The notes: generated by a model not told the origin, from the sequence alone. Positions 20,378 to 30,628 are shown, numbered from the stretch's first letter. The stretch: 64,000 nucleotides of DNA from Candidatus Latescibacterota bacterium (GCA_965203175.1 OZ241867.1:1888001-1952000), one strand, 5' to 3'. Program-made: numbers and translations.

Positions 20378-20468
20378 GGAAAACCTCTTGCAAATGGAGA
20401 TGTCTCAGAAAGTTGTCTTTAATATATTCAAGACCAACCCGACCTTCCACCTGCCGCCCTAGGCCGCC

Positions 20469-22274
20469 ATGCACAACCTGCGCCAATTTCTCGATTGCCT
20501 GCGCCGCGAAGGCGAGCTTGTCACCGTTGACGCCCCAGTTTCATCTGAACTCGAAATCGCCGAAATCCATCGCCGCGTTCTTGCCGCCGCTGGCCCGGCC
20601 CTGCTGTTTACCCACGTCGAAGGCGCGGACTTTCCCTGCGTCACCAATCTCTTTGGCACGGCCCGGCGCGTCGATCTGGCCTTTGGCCCTAGGCCGGAAC
20701 AGTTTATCCAGCAGCTAGTGCAACTCGCCCAAGACCTGCCCTCGCTCTCGCCGGGCAAACTCTGGCCGCACAAAAACCTAATTCCCGCCGCGCTCAAGGT
20801 CGGGTTGAAGACCGTCGGCAAAGGCCCCGTCGGCGAATGCGTGCAGTCGCCGCCCAACCTCGCGCGCCTACCCCTGCTCAAAACCTGGCCCGAAGACGGC
20901 GGGCACTTCATCACCTTGCCGCTGGTCTATACCGAACACCCCGATACCGGCCATCACAACCTCGGCATGTACCGCATCCAGCGCCACGATTCCCAGACCC
21001 TCGGCGTCCACTGGCAAATCCAAAAAGGCGGCGGCTTTCACTACCACGTCGCCGAGCAGCGGGACGCAGACCTGCCGCTGGTCATCTTCGTCGGCGGTCC
21101 ACCGGCGTTGATCCTCGCGGCAATCGCGCCTTTGCCCGAGGACTTGCCCGAACTGGTGTTGGCTTCCCTATTACAGGGCGAGCGCCTGCGCCGCATGCGA
21201 GGCTCCACTCTGCCCCTGATCGCCGAAGCCGAATTCGCTATTGAGGGCGTGGTGCCGCCGCACGTGCGCGAGCCAGAAGGGCCTTTCGGCGATCACTACG
21301 GCTACTACTCGCTGCAACACGACTACCCAGTGCTCCAAGCCAAGCGCCTCTACCACCGCAAAGACGCCATCTTCCCGGCCACCGTAGTAGGCAAGCCGCC
21401 ACAGGAAGACATGTTCCTCGGCACCTACATCCAGCAGCTCATGGCGCCCTTGAGCAAGCTGGTAATGCCTGCAATCAAAGCCATGTGGAGCTACGGCGAG
21501 ACCGGCTATCACTCGCTGGCGGCCATCGTCGTCGAGGAGCGCTACCCACGCGAGGCCATGAAATTTGCCTTTCGCATCTTGGGCGAGGACGGCGGCCAGC
21601 TCAACCTCACCAAGTTTTTGGTCGTAATTGATCGCCCTTTGGACTTGGGCGACTTCCGGCAGGTGCTCGCGTATGCCCTAGCGCGTGCGCAGCTTGCAAC
21701 CGACCTTTTCGTCATCGCCAATCTCGCCATGGATACCCTCGACTACACGGGACCGGCCGTGAACCAAGGCAGCAAAGGAATCCTCATAGGCGTGGGCGAT
21801 CCAGTCAACGACCTGCCCGGAGAATTCAGCGGCGACCTGCCCGGCGGTGCCAGCGCCGCCGAAGTCTATTGTCCCGGTGCCCTCGCGGTGCAAGGCCCGA
21901 CGTACGCGGAAGATCCCGGCTACGCCCAACACCTCGCCGAAGACCGAGCTGTCGCAGCTTGGCCGCTGGTATTTTTGGTTGACGACGCCAGTGCAGCCGC
22001 CAAGAACGTCACCTTTCTCTGGAGTACCTTTACTCGCTTTGAACCGGCTGCCGACACGTATGCCGCCGCCGTCCAACTCCGTCGCCACCACCCCTGCTAT
22101 ACGCCGCCGATCGTCTTGGATTGCCGCATGAAACCCGGCTACCCGGACGAGCTGATCACGGACGAAGAAACCGCGCAAAAGGTCAGCCGACGCTGGCAGG
22201 AGTACTTTCCCCAAGGCGGCGTCGAAGGCGCAGAAGACCGCCTTGGCTACACCGGATTTTCCCTGTTGGATTAA
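20469..22274 (+). CDS. ubiD: UbiD-family (prFMN-dependent) decarboxylase, long MqnL-like type
   Basis: NLGMYR, EGPFGDHYGYY, GKPPQED, DTLDY. About 600 aa with a C-terminal extension. Confidence 0.85.
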   Translation: MHNLRQFLDCLRREGELVTVDAPVSSELEIAEIHRRVLAAAGPALLFTHVEGADFPCVTNLFGTARRVDLAFGPRPEQFIQQLVQLAQDLPSLSPGKLWPHKNLIPAALKVGLKTVGKGPVGECVQSPPNLARLPLLKTWPEDGGHFITLPLVYTEHPDTGHHNLGMYRIQRHDSQTLGVHWQIQKGGGFHYHVAEQRDADLPLVIFVGGPPALILAAIAPLPEDLPELVLASLLQGERLRRMRGSTLPLIAEAEFAIEGVVPPHVREPEGPFGDHYGYYSLQHDYPVLQAKRLYHRKDAIFPATVVGKPPQEDMFLGTYIQQLMAPLSKLVMPAIKAMWSYGETGYHSLAAIVVEERYPREAMKFAFRILGEDGGQLNLTKFLVVIDRPLDLGDFRQVLAYALARAQLATDLFVIANLAMDTLDYTGPAVNQGSKGILIGVGDPVNDLPGEFSGDLPGGASAAEVYCPGALAVQGPTYAEDPGYAQHLAEDRAVAAWPLVFLVDDASAAAKNVTFLWSTFTRFEPAADTYAAAVQLRRHHPCYTPPIVLDCRMKPGYPDELITDEETAQKVSRRWQEYFPQGGVEGAEDRLGYTGFSLLD

Positions 22275-22294
22275 CCCTGAGCAGAGGTCGCCTC

Positions 22295-23695
22295 ATGGAT
22301 GACACCCTAGCATTTGCCCCCATCGCCGAACTCTCCACCCTGATCCGCCGCGGCGAACTCTCTCCGCTCGAACTCACCGAACTCTACCTAGAGCGCATCG
22401 AGCAATACGATCCGGCGCTCAATGCCTATCTCGCCGTCACGTCTGAGCGCGCGCGCGCCCAAGCCCGCGCTGCCGAAGCGCAAATCGCGTCCGGCACCTA
22501 CCTCGGCCCCTTGCACGGCATTCCCCTCGCCTTTAAGGATCTCGTGGATGTCGCGGACCTGCCCACCACCGGCGGCTCGACCCTGCTGCGCGACAACATT
22601 GCCACAGCCGACGCCACGATTGCCCGCCGCCTTTTTGCCGCGGGCGTCGTGCTCTTGGGCAAGACGCATCTCGTGGAATTCGCTTTTGGCGGTACCGGCG
22701 TCAACCATCACTATGGGACCCCGGTCAACCCCTGGGATCCCGAGATCCACCGCCTGCCGGGCGGGTCGTCCTCTGGCTCGGGCGTGGCCGTGGCGGCTGG
22801 ACTGGCTCCGGCCGCCCTCGGCTCGGACACTGGTGGCTCGGTGCGGATTCCCGCGTCCTTTTGCGGCCTCACCGGCCTCAAGCCCACCTTTGGCTTGCTT
22901 TCCAACACCGGCGTCTTGCCCCTCGACCCCACCCTCGACAGCATCGGGCCTTTGTGCCGCACGGCGCAAGACTGCGCCCTGTTGTGCCAAGCCATGGCGG
23001 ATCCCCTGCCCGGCGATTCGCTTGTGGATCACTTGGAAGGCGAGGTCGCCGGCCTCCGGCTGTGCTTCCCGCGCGAGTATTTCTGGGACGAGGTCGATGC
23101 GGAGGTCGAAGCAGCGGTGCGCGCCTCGGCGAGCGTGTTCGCCGACCTCGGCGTGTACGTCGATGAAATATCGCTCGAAGTACTCGACGATCTAGTCGAA
23201 TGGCGCAGTGGGCCTAGCACCACGGCTGTCGAAGCCTATCTCTATCACCGGCGCAACCTCGAAGCGCACCTCGACCAGTTCGACCCCATTGTCTCGGCGC
23301 GCATACTCGACGGCCGCGATATCCTTGCCGCGGACTTTCTCCAGCAACTCAGAGTACGCGATGAGTTGCGCCGCAAAGCCCGTATGGCCCTCGAAAACGT
23401 CGATTTTCTCATTACCCCGACCACCCCTTTTGCCGCCCCGATTCTCGACGAGATTGACCGCGACGAGGTCTATTTCCCCATCAATGGTCTCTGCCTGCGC
23501 AACACCATCGCCGTCAATCTCCTCGACCTGTGCGCCGTCTCCTTGCCCTGCGGGTTCACGCGCGATGGCTTGCCCATCGGCTTGCAACTCGTCGGCCATC
23601 CCCGCGACGAGGCGCGGTTGTTGCGTCTAGCCCGCGCTTTTGAGCAAGCCACTGACTACAATCTTCTCACGCCCGCACTCGACGCTTTTGCCTAG
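22295..23695 (+). CDS. Amidase signature family protein
   Basis: GPLHGIP..KD, GGSSSGS, GSDTGGSVRIPA. Start at ATG 22295. Confidence 0.9.
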   Translation: MDDTLAFAPIAELSTLIRRGELSPLELTELYLERIEQYDPALNAYLAVTSERARAQARAAEAQIASGTYLGPLHGIPLAFKDLVDVADLPTTGGSTLLRDNIATADATIARRLFAAGVVLLGKTHLVEFAFGGTGVNHHYGTPVNPWDPEIHRLPGGSSSGSGVAVAAGLAPAALGSDTGGSVRIPASFCGLTGLKPTFGLLSNTGVLPLDPTLDSIGPLCRTAQDCALLCQAMADPLPGDSLVDHLEGEVAGLRLCFPREYFWDEVDAEVEAAVRASASVFADLGVYVDEISLEVLDDLVEWRSGPSTTAVEAYLYHRRNLEAHLDQFDPIVSARILDGRDILAADFLQQLRVRDELRRKARMALENVDFLITPTTPFAAPILDEIDRDEVYFPINGLCLRNTIAVNLLDLCAVSLPCGFTRDGLPIGLQLVGHPRDEARLLRLARAFEQATDYNLLTPALDAFA

Positions 23696-23714
23696 CAAAA
23701 TGCGATGGGGCGGC

Positions 23715-23743
23715 TTGCCAATATGTGGGGCTAGGTCTATATT
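23715..23743 (+). promoter_or_regulatory. Putative sigma70 promoter of tRNA-Glu
   Basis: TTGCCA, 17-nt spacer, TATATT, 13 nt upstream of the tRNA. Confidence 0.6.
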
Positions 23744-23756
23744 TTTTGCCCTACGT

Positions 23757-23831
23757 GCTCCCATCGTCTAGCGGTTAGGACCCAGGGTTTTCAACCCTGT
23801 AACCGGAGTTCGAGTCTCCGTGGGAGCACCA
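23757..23831 (+). tRNA. tRNA-Glu(TTC)
   Basis: GCTCCCA/TGGGAGC acceptor stem, CAGGG-TT-TTC-AA-CCCTG anticodon arm, GTTCGAG T-loop, encoded CCA. Confidence 0.96.
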
Positions 23832-23862
23832 TTTTTATGTACGCTACGCTGAGGAGGAATTC

Positions 23863-24732
23863 ATGTTCGACATCGGCATCTTCGCCCCCTTTGGGGCCGA
23901 CCACGATCGCAACATCGCCTATTGCCGCGACGCCGGCGCTAGCCACATCGTCTTGAATACGGGCAACATCTCTTCAGACGACGCGCCCGCGGCCGACTCG
24001 CTCAAGACGCTAGCCGACCAATACGCCGGTGCCGAAGTGGTGCTGGCCGGGCTGACCCCGCCGCGCCTCAGCCTCGACGCCTGCGTTGACAGCGCGTCCC
24101 GCACGCGCGAAGTGGGGTACATGCGCCGCCTAATTGAAAACATGGGCCACGCTCAAATACCTTTCGTGCATTTCTACCTCAGTGCCGACGCAGCCCCCAC
24201 CGACCCAGACGAGCGGCAGCAGCACTGGCAGGGCTTGGTGGAAATCTACCAAGAGCTCGGCCAAATCGGCGACGAGGCCGGCGTGCGGATATCCACCCAC
24301 ACGTTCCACGTGCCCGACCGCCTGATCTGGAACAGAGAGACCTTTGGGAATCTAATGGCCGCTACCGACTCGCCGGCCCATGGCCTGACCTTCTGCCAAG
24401 GCAAGTCGCAAATGGCCGGCGACAGCCTGCCCGAGGTCATCCGCCATTTCGGCGACAAGGTCTTTATGGTCCACGTGCGCGACATCGCCACCAAGGCCCA
24501 AGGGCCGACTACCCCGGAAATCGAGCAGCGGCTGGCGGACTTGGGCTATCTCGAAGTGCCCTTCGGCTCGGGGGAAGTCGATATGGTCGGCACCATCCGC
24601 GCCCTCAAAGAAATCGACTACCAGGGCCAGATTTACCCCGAGCACTTTCCGTCCATCGCCGGCGACCACGCCGCGGGGCTAGCTTGGACTCTTGGCTACA
24701 TCCGCGCCTTAGACCAAGCAGTCGTTGTCTAA
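23863..24732 (+). CDS. TIM-barrel sugar isomerase / mannonate dehydratase (UxuA)-like protein
   Basis: GLTFCQG, VHVRD, GEVDM, YPEH, TLGYIRAL resemble the UxuA C-terminal half. GAGGAGG RBS. Confidence 0.7.
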   Translation: MFDIGIFAPFGADHDRNIAYCRDAGASHIVLNTGNISSDDAPAADSLKTLADQYAGAEVVLAGLTPPRLSLDACVDSASRTREVGYMRRLIENMGHAQIPFVHFYLSADAAPTDPDERQQHWQGLVEIYQELGQIGDEAGVRISTHTFHVPDRLIWNRETFGNLMAATDSPAHGLTFCQGKSQMAGDSLPEVIRHFGDKVFMVHVRDIATKAQGPTTPEIEQRLADLGYLEVPFGSGEVDMVGTIRALKEIDYQGQIYPEHFPSIAGDHAAGLAWTLGYIRALDQAVVV

Positions 24733-24735
24733 TGG

Positions 24736-24763
24736 GTAGGGGCGATTCGCGAATCGCCCCTAC
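24736..24763. repeat. GTAG-type REP element (perfect 28-bp palindrome)
   Basis: GTAGGGGCGATTCGCGAATCGCCCCTAC, 3 nt after a stop codon. Confidence 0.85.
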
Positions 24764-24877
24764 AAGACATCGGCCACTGCGCTCCCTTCGACAGTAGGGG
24801 CTACTACGTCGGCAAATGGACACCCCCTTTTAGCCGCTCTATATTTGCCTTTTCAACCTCATTGGAAAGGTACTGCT

Positions 24878-25630
24878 ATGCCTCATCTCACCTCCGCAGA
24901 CAAGTGTTCCTTTAAGGAAAATGGCTGTCTCATCGTCCGCGGCGCACTCACGTCCGCGCAAATTCAAGCCGCTCAAGATGCCCTCTGGACCGGCATTGAC
25001 GCCGACCGCGACGATCCTGCAACTTGGGTCGACGCTGGGCCGCGCACCCCGGTGCCCGCCCATCACCCGGCTATCCACGCTGCCGTCCACGAGTCGCCGC
25101 TCTTTGCGATGATGGAGGAAATGGTCGGCGAGGGTCAGCTCAATTCCGGCAGCGCTGGTCCCGCGCTGGTATATCCAGCCAAAGACAAGACTTGGTCCCT
25201 GCCCGAGCGCGGTCATCTCGACGGCTACTACACCCCGACCAACGGCGTGCCCGAAGGCACGGTCGGCTACATGACCATCAACGTCACGGTCTACGTCGAG
25301 GACATCGACTCGCAGGGCGGCTGCTTCACCTATTGGCCCGGCAGCCATAACGTGGCCTACGAGTACTTCAAAACGCACTCGCTGCTGTCGGTACAGGGCG
25401 GCGTTTCCAGTGACGTATTTGCGGAGGGAACCTTCCCCCAAGGGAGTGAATTTGTCGGCCAAGCCGGCGATGCCATCTTCTGGCACGGCCAGCTTTTTCA
25501 CACGGGTTCCAAGAACGTCAATCGCAACATCCGCATGGCCCTCATCGGCCGCTTCTCGCGCAAAGACACCAACGATATCCGTTTTGAGACCTGCGACGAC
25601 CAGTGGGCGCATTGGGAGGGGATTAGTTGA
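24878..25630 (+). CDS. Phytanoyl-CoA dioxygenase (PhyH) family protein
   Basis: HLD...PGSH...GDAIFWH..FHTG...R facial triad. Confidence 0.85.
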   Translation: MPHLTSADKCSFKENGCLIVRGALTSAQIQAAQDALWTGIDADRDDPATWVDAGPRTPVPAHHPAIHAAVHESPLFAMMEEMVGEGQLNSGSAGPALVYPAKDKTWSLPERGHLDGYYTPTNGVPEGTVGYMTINVTVYVEDIDSQGGCFTYWPGSHNVAYEYFKTHSLLSVQGGVSSDVFAEGTFPQGSEFVGQAGDAIFWHGQLFHTGSKNVNRNIRMALIGRFSRKDTNDIRFETCDDQWAHWEGIS

Positions 25631-26406
25631 TGCACCTCGTCTTCAGCCCGACCCTCTGCCCAGACCTGCTCTTGCCCAAAGTACTCGACCTCGCCAAGGC
25701 GGCCGGCTTTTCCCGCATCGAACTCTTCCGCGCTTACACTGAGAGCACCCCCGTCCACCGCGACTGGTCCGTACCCATGGTCCGCACCGCCATTGCGAAC
25801 GCTGGCGTGCAACTTGCCGGCTTCAACATCCGCAATCTCACCGGCCGCAAGGCCGACTCCGACGAGCGCAACCTCGCCTACAACCTGCGCCAACTCGAAT
25901 GGGACATCCACTTGGGCCGCGCCCTCGGGGTCAAAACCCTGAACACCAAGGGCGGTGCCCGCACGGACGAGGCCCTCGCCGACCTCATCGAAGGCGTCAA
26001 CACGCTCCTCGACAACATCCCCGATATCGCTCTCAACTTGGGCAACCACAAAGGCAACCGCCTCCAGGGACTGGCCGACTACCAAGCGGTGATGCCCGAG
26101 CTACCCGAGCGGGCGCGCGTGCTCTTGGACACCGGCCACTTGCTCTCGGTCGGCGAGCCGATTATGCCCTTTGCCGAGGCCCTCGCCGGGCGCATTGGTC
26201 TCGTCCACCTGCGCGACCAGCAGGGCGAAAAGCCCGTGCCCTTCGGAGAAGGGGAATTGCCCTTTGCGGAATTGTTTAAACTGTTAGCGGATAGCGGTTA
26301 CGACGGCCCCCTCGTCGTCGAGCTTGAGGAGGTCGATTGGGACGAGCCGCTGACGGCGGCTATTGCCGCACGCCAATACGTCGAGGCCCTGCGGCCCCAA
26401 TACTGA
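25627..26406 (+). CDS. Sugar phosphate isomerase/epimerase family protein
   Basis: LDTGH, VHLRD, FGEGE, YDGPLVVELE. Confidence 0.8.
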   Translation: MMHLVFSPTLCPDLLLPKVLDLAKAAGFSRIELFRAYTESTPVHRDWSVPMVRTAIANAGVQLAGFNIRNLTGRKADSDERNLAYNLRQLEWDIHLGRALGVKTLNTKGGARTDEALADLIEGVNTLLDNIPDIALNLGNHKGNRLQGLADYQAVMPELPERARVLLDTGHLLSVGEPIMPFAEALAGRIGLVHLRDQQGEKPVPFGEGELPFAELFKLLADSGYDGPLVVELEEVDWDEPLTAAIAARQYVEALRPQY

Positions 26407-26417
26407 GGCCGGACAGC
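26391..26417 (+). repeat. 27-bp dispersed repeat element
   Basis: GCGGCCCCAATACTGAGGCCGGACAGC, the exact reverse complement of 57055..57081. Confidence 0.9.
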
Positions 26418-26527
26418 TCTCGGCTGAATTTGGGCGTGGTATTCCGTAGAAGCTGTCAAGTTCTGAGCATTTTACCTGCGATATCTAAAAGGAATTTCCT
26501 ATTTTCTAGGCTAAGGAGGAATTGACC

Positions 26528-26770
26528 ATGCCCATGATAGCTGTGCCCGCCCATTTTGACGGGGAACGCATTTGCTTGGATGAGCCATTTGACCTAGAAC
26601 CGAATGCGAAACTGATTGTCACTATTCTACCAGGAAGAGAATCTGACAGTGAGTATGCAGCTTGGTTGCATTTATCCAGTCAAAGGCTAAAAGACGCCTA
26701 CGGAGAGAACGAACCTGAGTATTCATCGGAGTTGCTCAAAGAGGTGAATCCCGACTATGAAGGAAGGTGA
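26528..26770 (+). CDS. Putative antitoxin (AF2212/DUF104-like N-terminus)
   Basis: AHFDGERI.LDEP.DL motif, acidic, overlaps the downstream toxin gene, AAGGAGG RBS. Confidence 0.6.
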   Translation: MPMIAVPAHFDGERICLDEPFDLEPNAKLIVTILPGRESDSEYAAWLHLSSQRLKDAYGENEPEYSSELLKEVNPDYEGR

Positions 26771-27098
26771 CGTCGTTATTACGCCAGTACCTCAGGCCGA
26801 TGGAGAACTAAAGGACAGACCTACCATTTTCCTACGGGAAATGCCGCCCTATCGCGATTTACTCGTTTGCGGTGTAAGCACGCAGTTACATCAGCATGTC
26901 GGGAACTTTGACGAAACTATTTCTTCTACCGACGAAGATTTCAAGTCGAGTGGTCTGCGATCAACATCTCTGATTCGACTTGGCTTTCTCGCTGTGCTAC
27001 CGCGTCATAGCGTACTTGGCACTATAGGTTCCATTTCGACCGAACGGCACAAACGTCTATTGAGAAAGCTGAGTGATTACCTTACTTACGCTCACTGA
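26757..27098 (+). CDS. PemK/MazF-family toxin
   Basis: MKEGDVV..P.P...K.RP, CGVST, SGL..TSLIR, IGSI. Confidence 0.8.
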   Translation: MKEGDVVITPVPQADGELKDRPTIFLREMPPYRDLLVCGVSTQLHQHVGNFDETISSTDEDFKSSGLRSTSLIRLGFLAVLPRHSVLGTIGSISTERHKRLLRKLSDYLTYAH

Positions 27099-27210
27099 TC
27101 TTTTGCGGCCCCCCAATGCCGCGGCTTGACCTCGCTCCTGCCGTTTGCCCCACCCTGTCTCACCTCATACATTCCCCGCATAGACCCGACCCCCACTCAG
27201 GAGCCTAACC

Positions 27211-29097
27211 ATGAAAAAAATTACCACCGCCGACTTCCGCGACTATCGCCGCGACCGCTTCATCGACGCCCAAACCACCCGCGCCGCCCGCCTCGCCCCC
27301 ACCTATATGATCACCAACGAAATGGGCGTTGACGGCGACATCTGCGAGGAACTCACGCCCGCGCTCTGCGCAAAAGTCGAGTTCGACATCCCCTCGGCCA
27401 AGACCAAAGGAGCCGAACTGCTCTTTTACGTCAACGCCGACAAATCCACGGCCGACAAACCCATGCGGCTCCAAGTCAACGGCCACGTCCTCACTCACCG
27501 CCAAGACCGCGAGCGCATGCTCACCGGCGGTTGGGACCGCAAGAAAATCGCCGCCAAATACCTCAAAGAAGGCACCAACGAATTCGTGTTCTCGCACAGC
27601 GGCGTGTTGCACATCGACCCCTTCCCAGGCGGTCTGGCCGACGCGCCCCCAAGCCGTTCGAGCCGCAGCTTTGACGGTGGCAAGACTTGGCACCAAGGCA
27701 CCTTGGGCGAAGCCCGCGCCATTGAAGGCGAATATCTAGTGCGGCTGCGCGTCAAGGGACATCCGCCTCAAGGGACGCTCTGCTCGCCAGTCATCGACCT
27801 AGCCGACGAAGACGGCCGCGGCCGCATCGCCCCGCGAATGGGCATTCGCCGTCTGCACCTGAAAGCGCGGATGCGCCAGCCGCAGGGGACCCAAATACAC
27901 TTTGAATTGCGCACGGGTTCGACGCCTTCCTTTGATCCGCGCACCTGGACGGCTTGGGAGCGAGGCACCGCCTTGCAGTGGCCCGGGCGCTTCGTGCAGT
28001 GGCGCGCCATCCTCGAAACCGACGCGGCCAACAAGACCCCGACGCTCCAGGCCGTCACCCTCGAAGCCGATATCGAGGAAGACGCCAAGAGCCTCGCGCC
28101 CTTCAAGCGGGCAGAATTCGACCAACCCGAGTTCGTACACAGCTCGTACCCCTTCGCCTATATGGGACTGCATCCGCACCAAGAGCGGCTGCGCAAGCAG
28201 TACCGCCTTGACGAAGTCATCGCCAAAGGCAAAACCGAACTCGAACAACTAGCCCTTTTGCGCGACTGGGTCCACAGCCAGTGGCTGGGCTGGCAATCCG
28301 ACAAATATCCCCACTGCCCCTCTTGGAACCCCCTCGAAGTCCTCGACACCACCAAGGGCGACTGGGGCTTTGGCATGTGTACTCACTACGGGGCGGTGTT
28401 CGCCGGCTGCGCCTCGTCCCTAGGCTGGGTGGCCCGCTCAATCGTCGTCGATCACCACTGCTTGGCCGAGGTCTGGAGCGAGGAGTTGCAAAAGTGGATC
28501 CTCGAAGACGCCGGCCCGGCCCGCGAATTCGATGCCACCTACGAAATCGACGGCGTGCCCATCAACGCCTTGGAACTGCACGAGGCTGCGGCGGACGAGC
28601 GGCGCGAAAAGATCATGGCCAACAAGTTGCCGCAAAAGGTCGTCGAGCCTATGGCCAGCTATATCGACGTCTTCTGCCGCTTCGGCATTCCGTTGCGCAA
28701 CACGCATCTGATCTTTGCCGAGCCGGCCGAGCTGCGCCACGGTGCCGGGCAGTACCACTGGGATGGCTATCTGTGGTGGTCGGACGACGTTGATCCCCGC
28801 TACGCCGAGTACTCCTTGCAGACCTCTCGCATCGGGGACTTCTACTGGTCGGTCAACCAGACGCGGCTCTACCTCCAAGTGGCGGAAAAGGCGCGCACGC
28901 TGCAAGTCGATCTAGAGCACACTGCGCCCAACTTCTCGCACTTTTTGGTGCGCCAAGACGGCGGCTCGTGGCGCGAGGAGCGAGAAGCCCGCTTTGAGTG
29001 GACGCTCGCCGAGGGCGAAAACCTGCTCGAAGCGCGGGCAGTCAACATCTTCGGCAAGCAGGGCCGTATCGCCAAAGCGCACGTCAAAGCGTCGTAA
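27211..29097 (+). CDS. Hypothetical protein with transglutaminase-like domain
   Basis: Putative Cys-His-Asp triad: GMCTHY, HCLAEVW, WILED. Confidence 0.65.
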   Translation: MKKITTADFRDYRRDRFIDAQTTRAARLAPTYMITNEMGVDGDICEELTPALCAKVEFDIPSAKTKGAELLFYVNADKSTADKPMRLQVNGHVLTHRQDRERMLTGGWDRKKIAAKYLKEGTNEFVFSHSGVLHIDPFPGGLADAPPSRSSRSFDGGKTWHQGTLGEARAIEGEYLVRLRVKGHPPQGTLCSPVIDLADEDGRGRIAPRMGIRRLHLKARMRQPQGTQIHFELRTGSTPSFDPRTWTAWERGTALQWPGRFVQWRAILETDAANKTPTLQAVTLEADIEEDAKSLAPFKRAEFDQPEFVHSSYPFAYMGLHPHQERLRKQYRLDEVIAKGKTELEQLALLRDWVHSQWLGWQSDKYPHCPSWNPLEVLDTTKGDWGFGMCTHYGAVFAGCASSLGWVARSIVVDHHCLAEVWSEELQKWILEDAGPAREFDATYEIDGVPINALELHEAAADERREKIMANKLPQKVVEPMASYIDVFCRFGIPLRNTHLIFAEPAELRHGAGQYHWDGYLWWSDDVDPRYAEYSLQTSRIGDFYWSVNQTRLYLQVAEKARTLQVDLEHTAPNFSHFLVRQDGGSWREEREARFEWTLAEGENLLEARAVNIFGKQGRIAKAHVKAS

Positions 29098-29110
29098 AGC
29101 TACCTAGCCT

Positions 29111-30550
29111 GTGAGCGCCTCGCTCTCCCTGGCCACGCGCGCTCTGCGCGGTTTTCTCTGGAACGGCAGCGCTTCTGTTATCCAGCTCGGCGTCATGCTG
29201 GCGCTCTACAAGCTCTTGCCGCTGGAGAAGCTGGGCCATTTTGAGTGGGCACTCGCCCTAGTGATGCTCCTATCGCTGGTCGGCGACTTAGGTCTAGGCG
29301 CGGCCCTAGTCCAGCTACCAGACGCGGGCGAGGAACACTTCGACACGGCCTTCTGGACTTGTTTGAGCTGGGGACTGCTGCTGACCGCCGCAGTCGTCGC
29401 CGCCGTCTCTTGGCTCGCTCCTCTTTTGGGGGGCGAAGACCCACACACCTTCGGTCGCGTCCTGCGCACACTTTGCTTGGCAATTCCCTGCGCTTCATTG
29501 GCGGGCCTGTTGCGGGCCAGATTGCAGCGCGACCTCGATTTCCGCGCCGTGGCCCTTTCCGAACTGGTTTCGGTCCTGACCTTCGGCCTTACAGTGACAT
29601 TCCTGCTTTTCTGGCGACCCGAATTGGGCGTCTTGATCCCGGTTTTCGGCTCGGTCGTGCGCGAACTAGGGCTCTTCAGCAGCCTCGCCCTTTCGGCCCG
29701 CTGGCTTCCGCGCCTGCGCTTCCGGCTCCAAGCACTGCGCCAAATCCTTGGCTTCGCGCTAAATCTCACGGGTTCGCGCGTAGTGGCCCTGCTCAATACC
29801 AAGATCGCCTATTTCTTTATTTTCGTACCGCTGGGGGCCACGGCCCAAGCCTATTACAGCTTGGCCGAGCGATTGACCTTGCAGCCTCTGACCCGGCTGG
29901 CCACGACCATCCAGCGCGTCTCCTTCCCGACCTTTTCGACGATCGTGGACGACGACTCGCTCCTGCGCCGTGGCTATTTGTCCTCGGTACAGGGCTTGGT
30001 GTTAGCGCTGGGTCCAGTTCTCGCGGGGATATTCGTCTTCGCGCCGGAGATTGCCGCCTTGGTCAACACCGAGCCGATGTGGACGGTACTGCGCCTGTTG
30101 GCCGCGGCCACGCTTTTGAAAGTCGCCAGCACCTTGGTCGGCTCGATTTTTATGGCCAAAGGCAAAACCGACTGGTCTTTCTACTGGTCGCTCTTTAGCA
30201 TGGGTGTGCTGATCCCAGCCCTGTACTTCTATGGCCTGCCGCGTGGTGTCGAAGGCGTGGCCAGCGTCATCGCCGCCGCCGCCCTGCTGTTCTTGCTGCT
30301 TTCGCAGTACCTCGTCAACCGCTTGATTGACCTGCCTTTTGCAACCTATCTCGCCGCGTTCAGCCGCCCCGGTCTGGTGGTCGCCTTCGTCTTCACCGTT
30401 CTCCTGCTGGCCCGACCTCTGCTGCCTTGGTCACCGCTCGCCGTCCTCGTCGTCGGTGCGGTCCTCGGCGTCGGCGCGACCTCAACTGCCCTCTTCCTCT
30501 TCGCCCGCGACCTGTGCCGCACCTATTGGGCGAGCCTGCGCGGGACCTGA
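29111..30550 (+). CDS. Oligosaccharide flippase (Wzx/WzxC-like, MOP superfamily)
   Basis: DLGLGAALVQ, RDLDFR, VSFPTFS, many transmembrane segments. Confidence 0.82.
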   Translation: MSASLSLATRALRGFLWNGSASVIQLGVMLALYKLLPLEKLGHFEWALALVMLLSLVGDLGLGAALVQLPDAGEEHFDTAFWTCLSWGLLLTAAVVAAVSWLAPLLGGEDPHTFGRVLRTLCLAIPCASLAGLLRARLQRDLDFRAVALSELVSVLTFGLTVTFLLFWRPELGVLIPVFGSVVRELGLFSSLALSARWLPRLRFRLQALRQILGFALNLTGSRVVALLNTKIAYFFIFVPLGATAQAYYSLAERLTLQPLTRLATTIQRVSFPTFSTIVDDDSLLRRGYLSSVQGLVLALGPVLAGIFVFAPEIAALVNTEPMWTVLRLLAAATLLKVASTLVGSIFMAKGKTDWSFYWSLFSMGVLIPALYFYGLPRGVEGVASVIAAAALLFLLLSQYLVNRLIDLPFATYLAAFSRPGLVVAFVFTVLLLARPLLPWSPLAVLVVGAVLGVGATSTALFLFARDLCRTYWASLRGT

Positions 30551-30628
30551 TTCTGTCCTAGGCAAAAATTGCGCGGGTGCCTGTTTTGGAATATGTTTTT
30601 AGGCAACTGCTCTAAAGGAGATTGCGCT

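Noticed and set aside
22295-23695. gatA (also 47625..49025)
   Set aside because: Generic amidase signature only, with no gatB or gatC adjacent.
23757-23831. tRNA-Glu as an island integration site
   Set aside because: No integrase, and I saw no duplicated tRNA 3' fragment in the window.
24736-24763. Perfect palindrome as a novel element
   Set aside because: It matches the known GTAG-type REP pattern. Single copy here, listed as a feature only.
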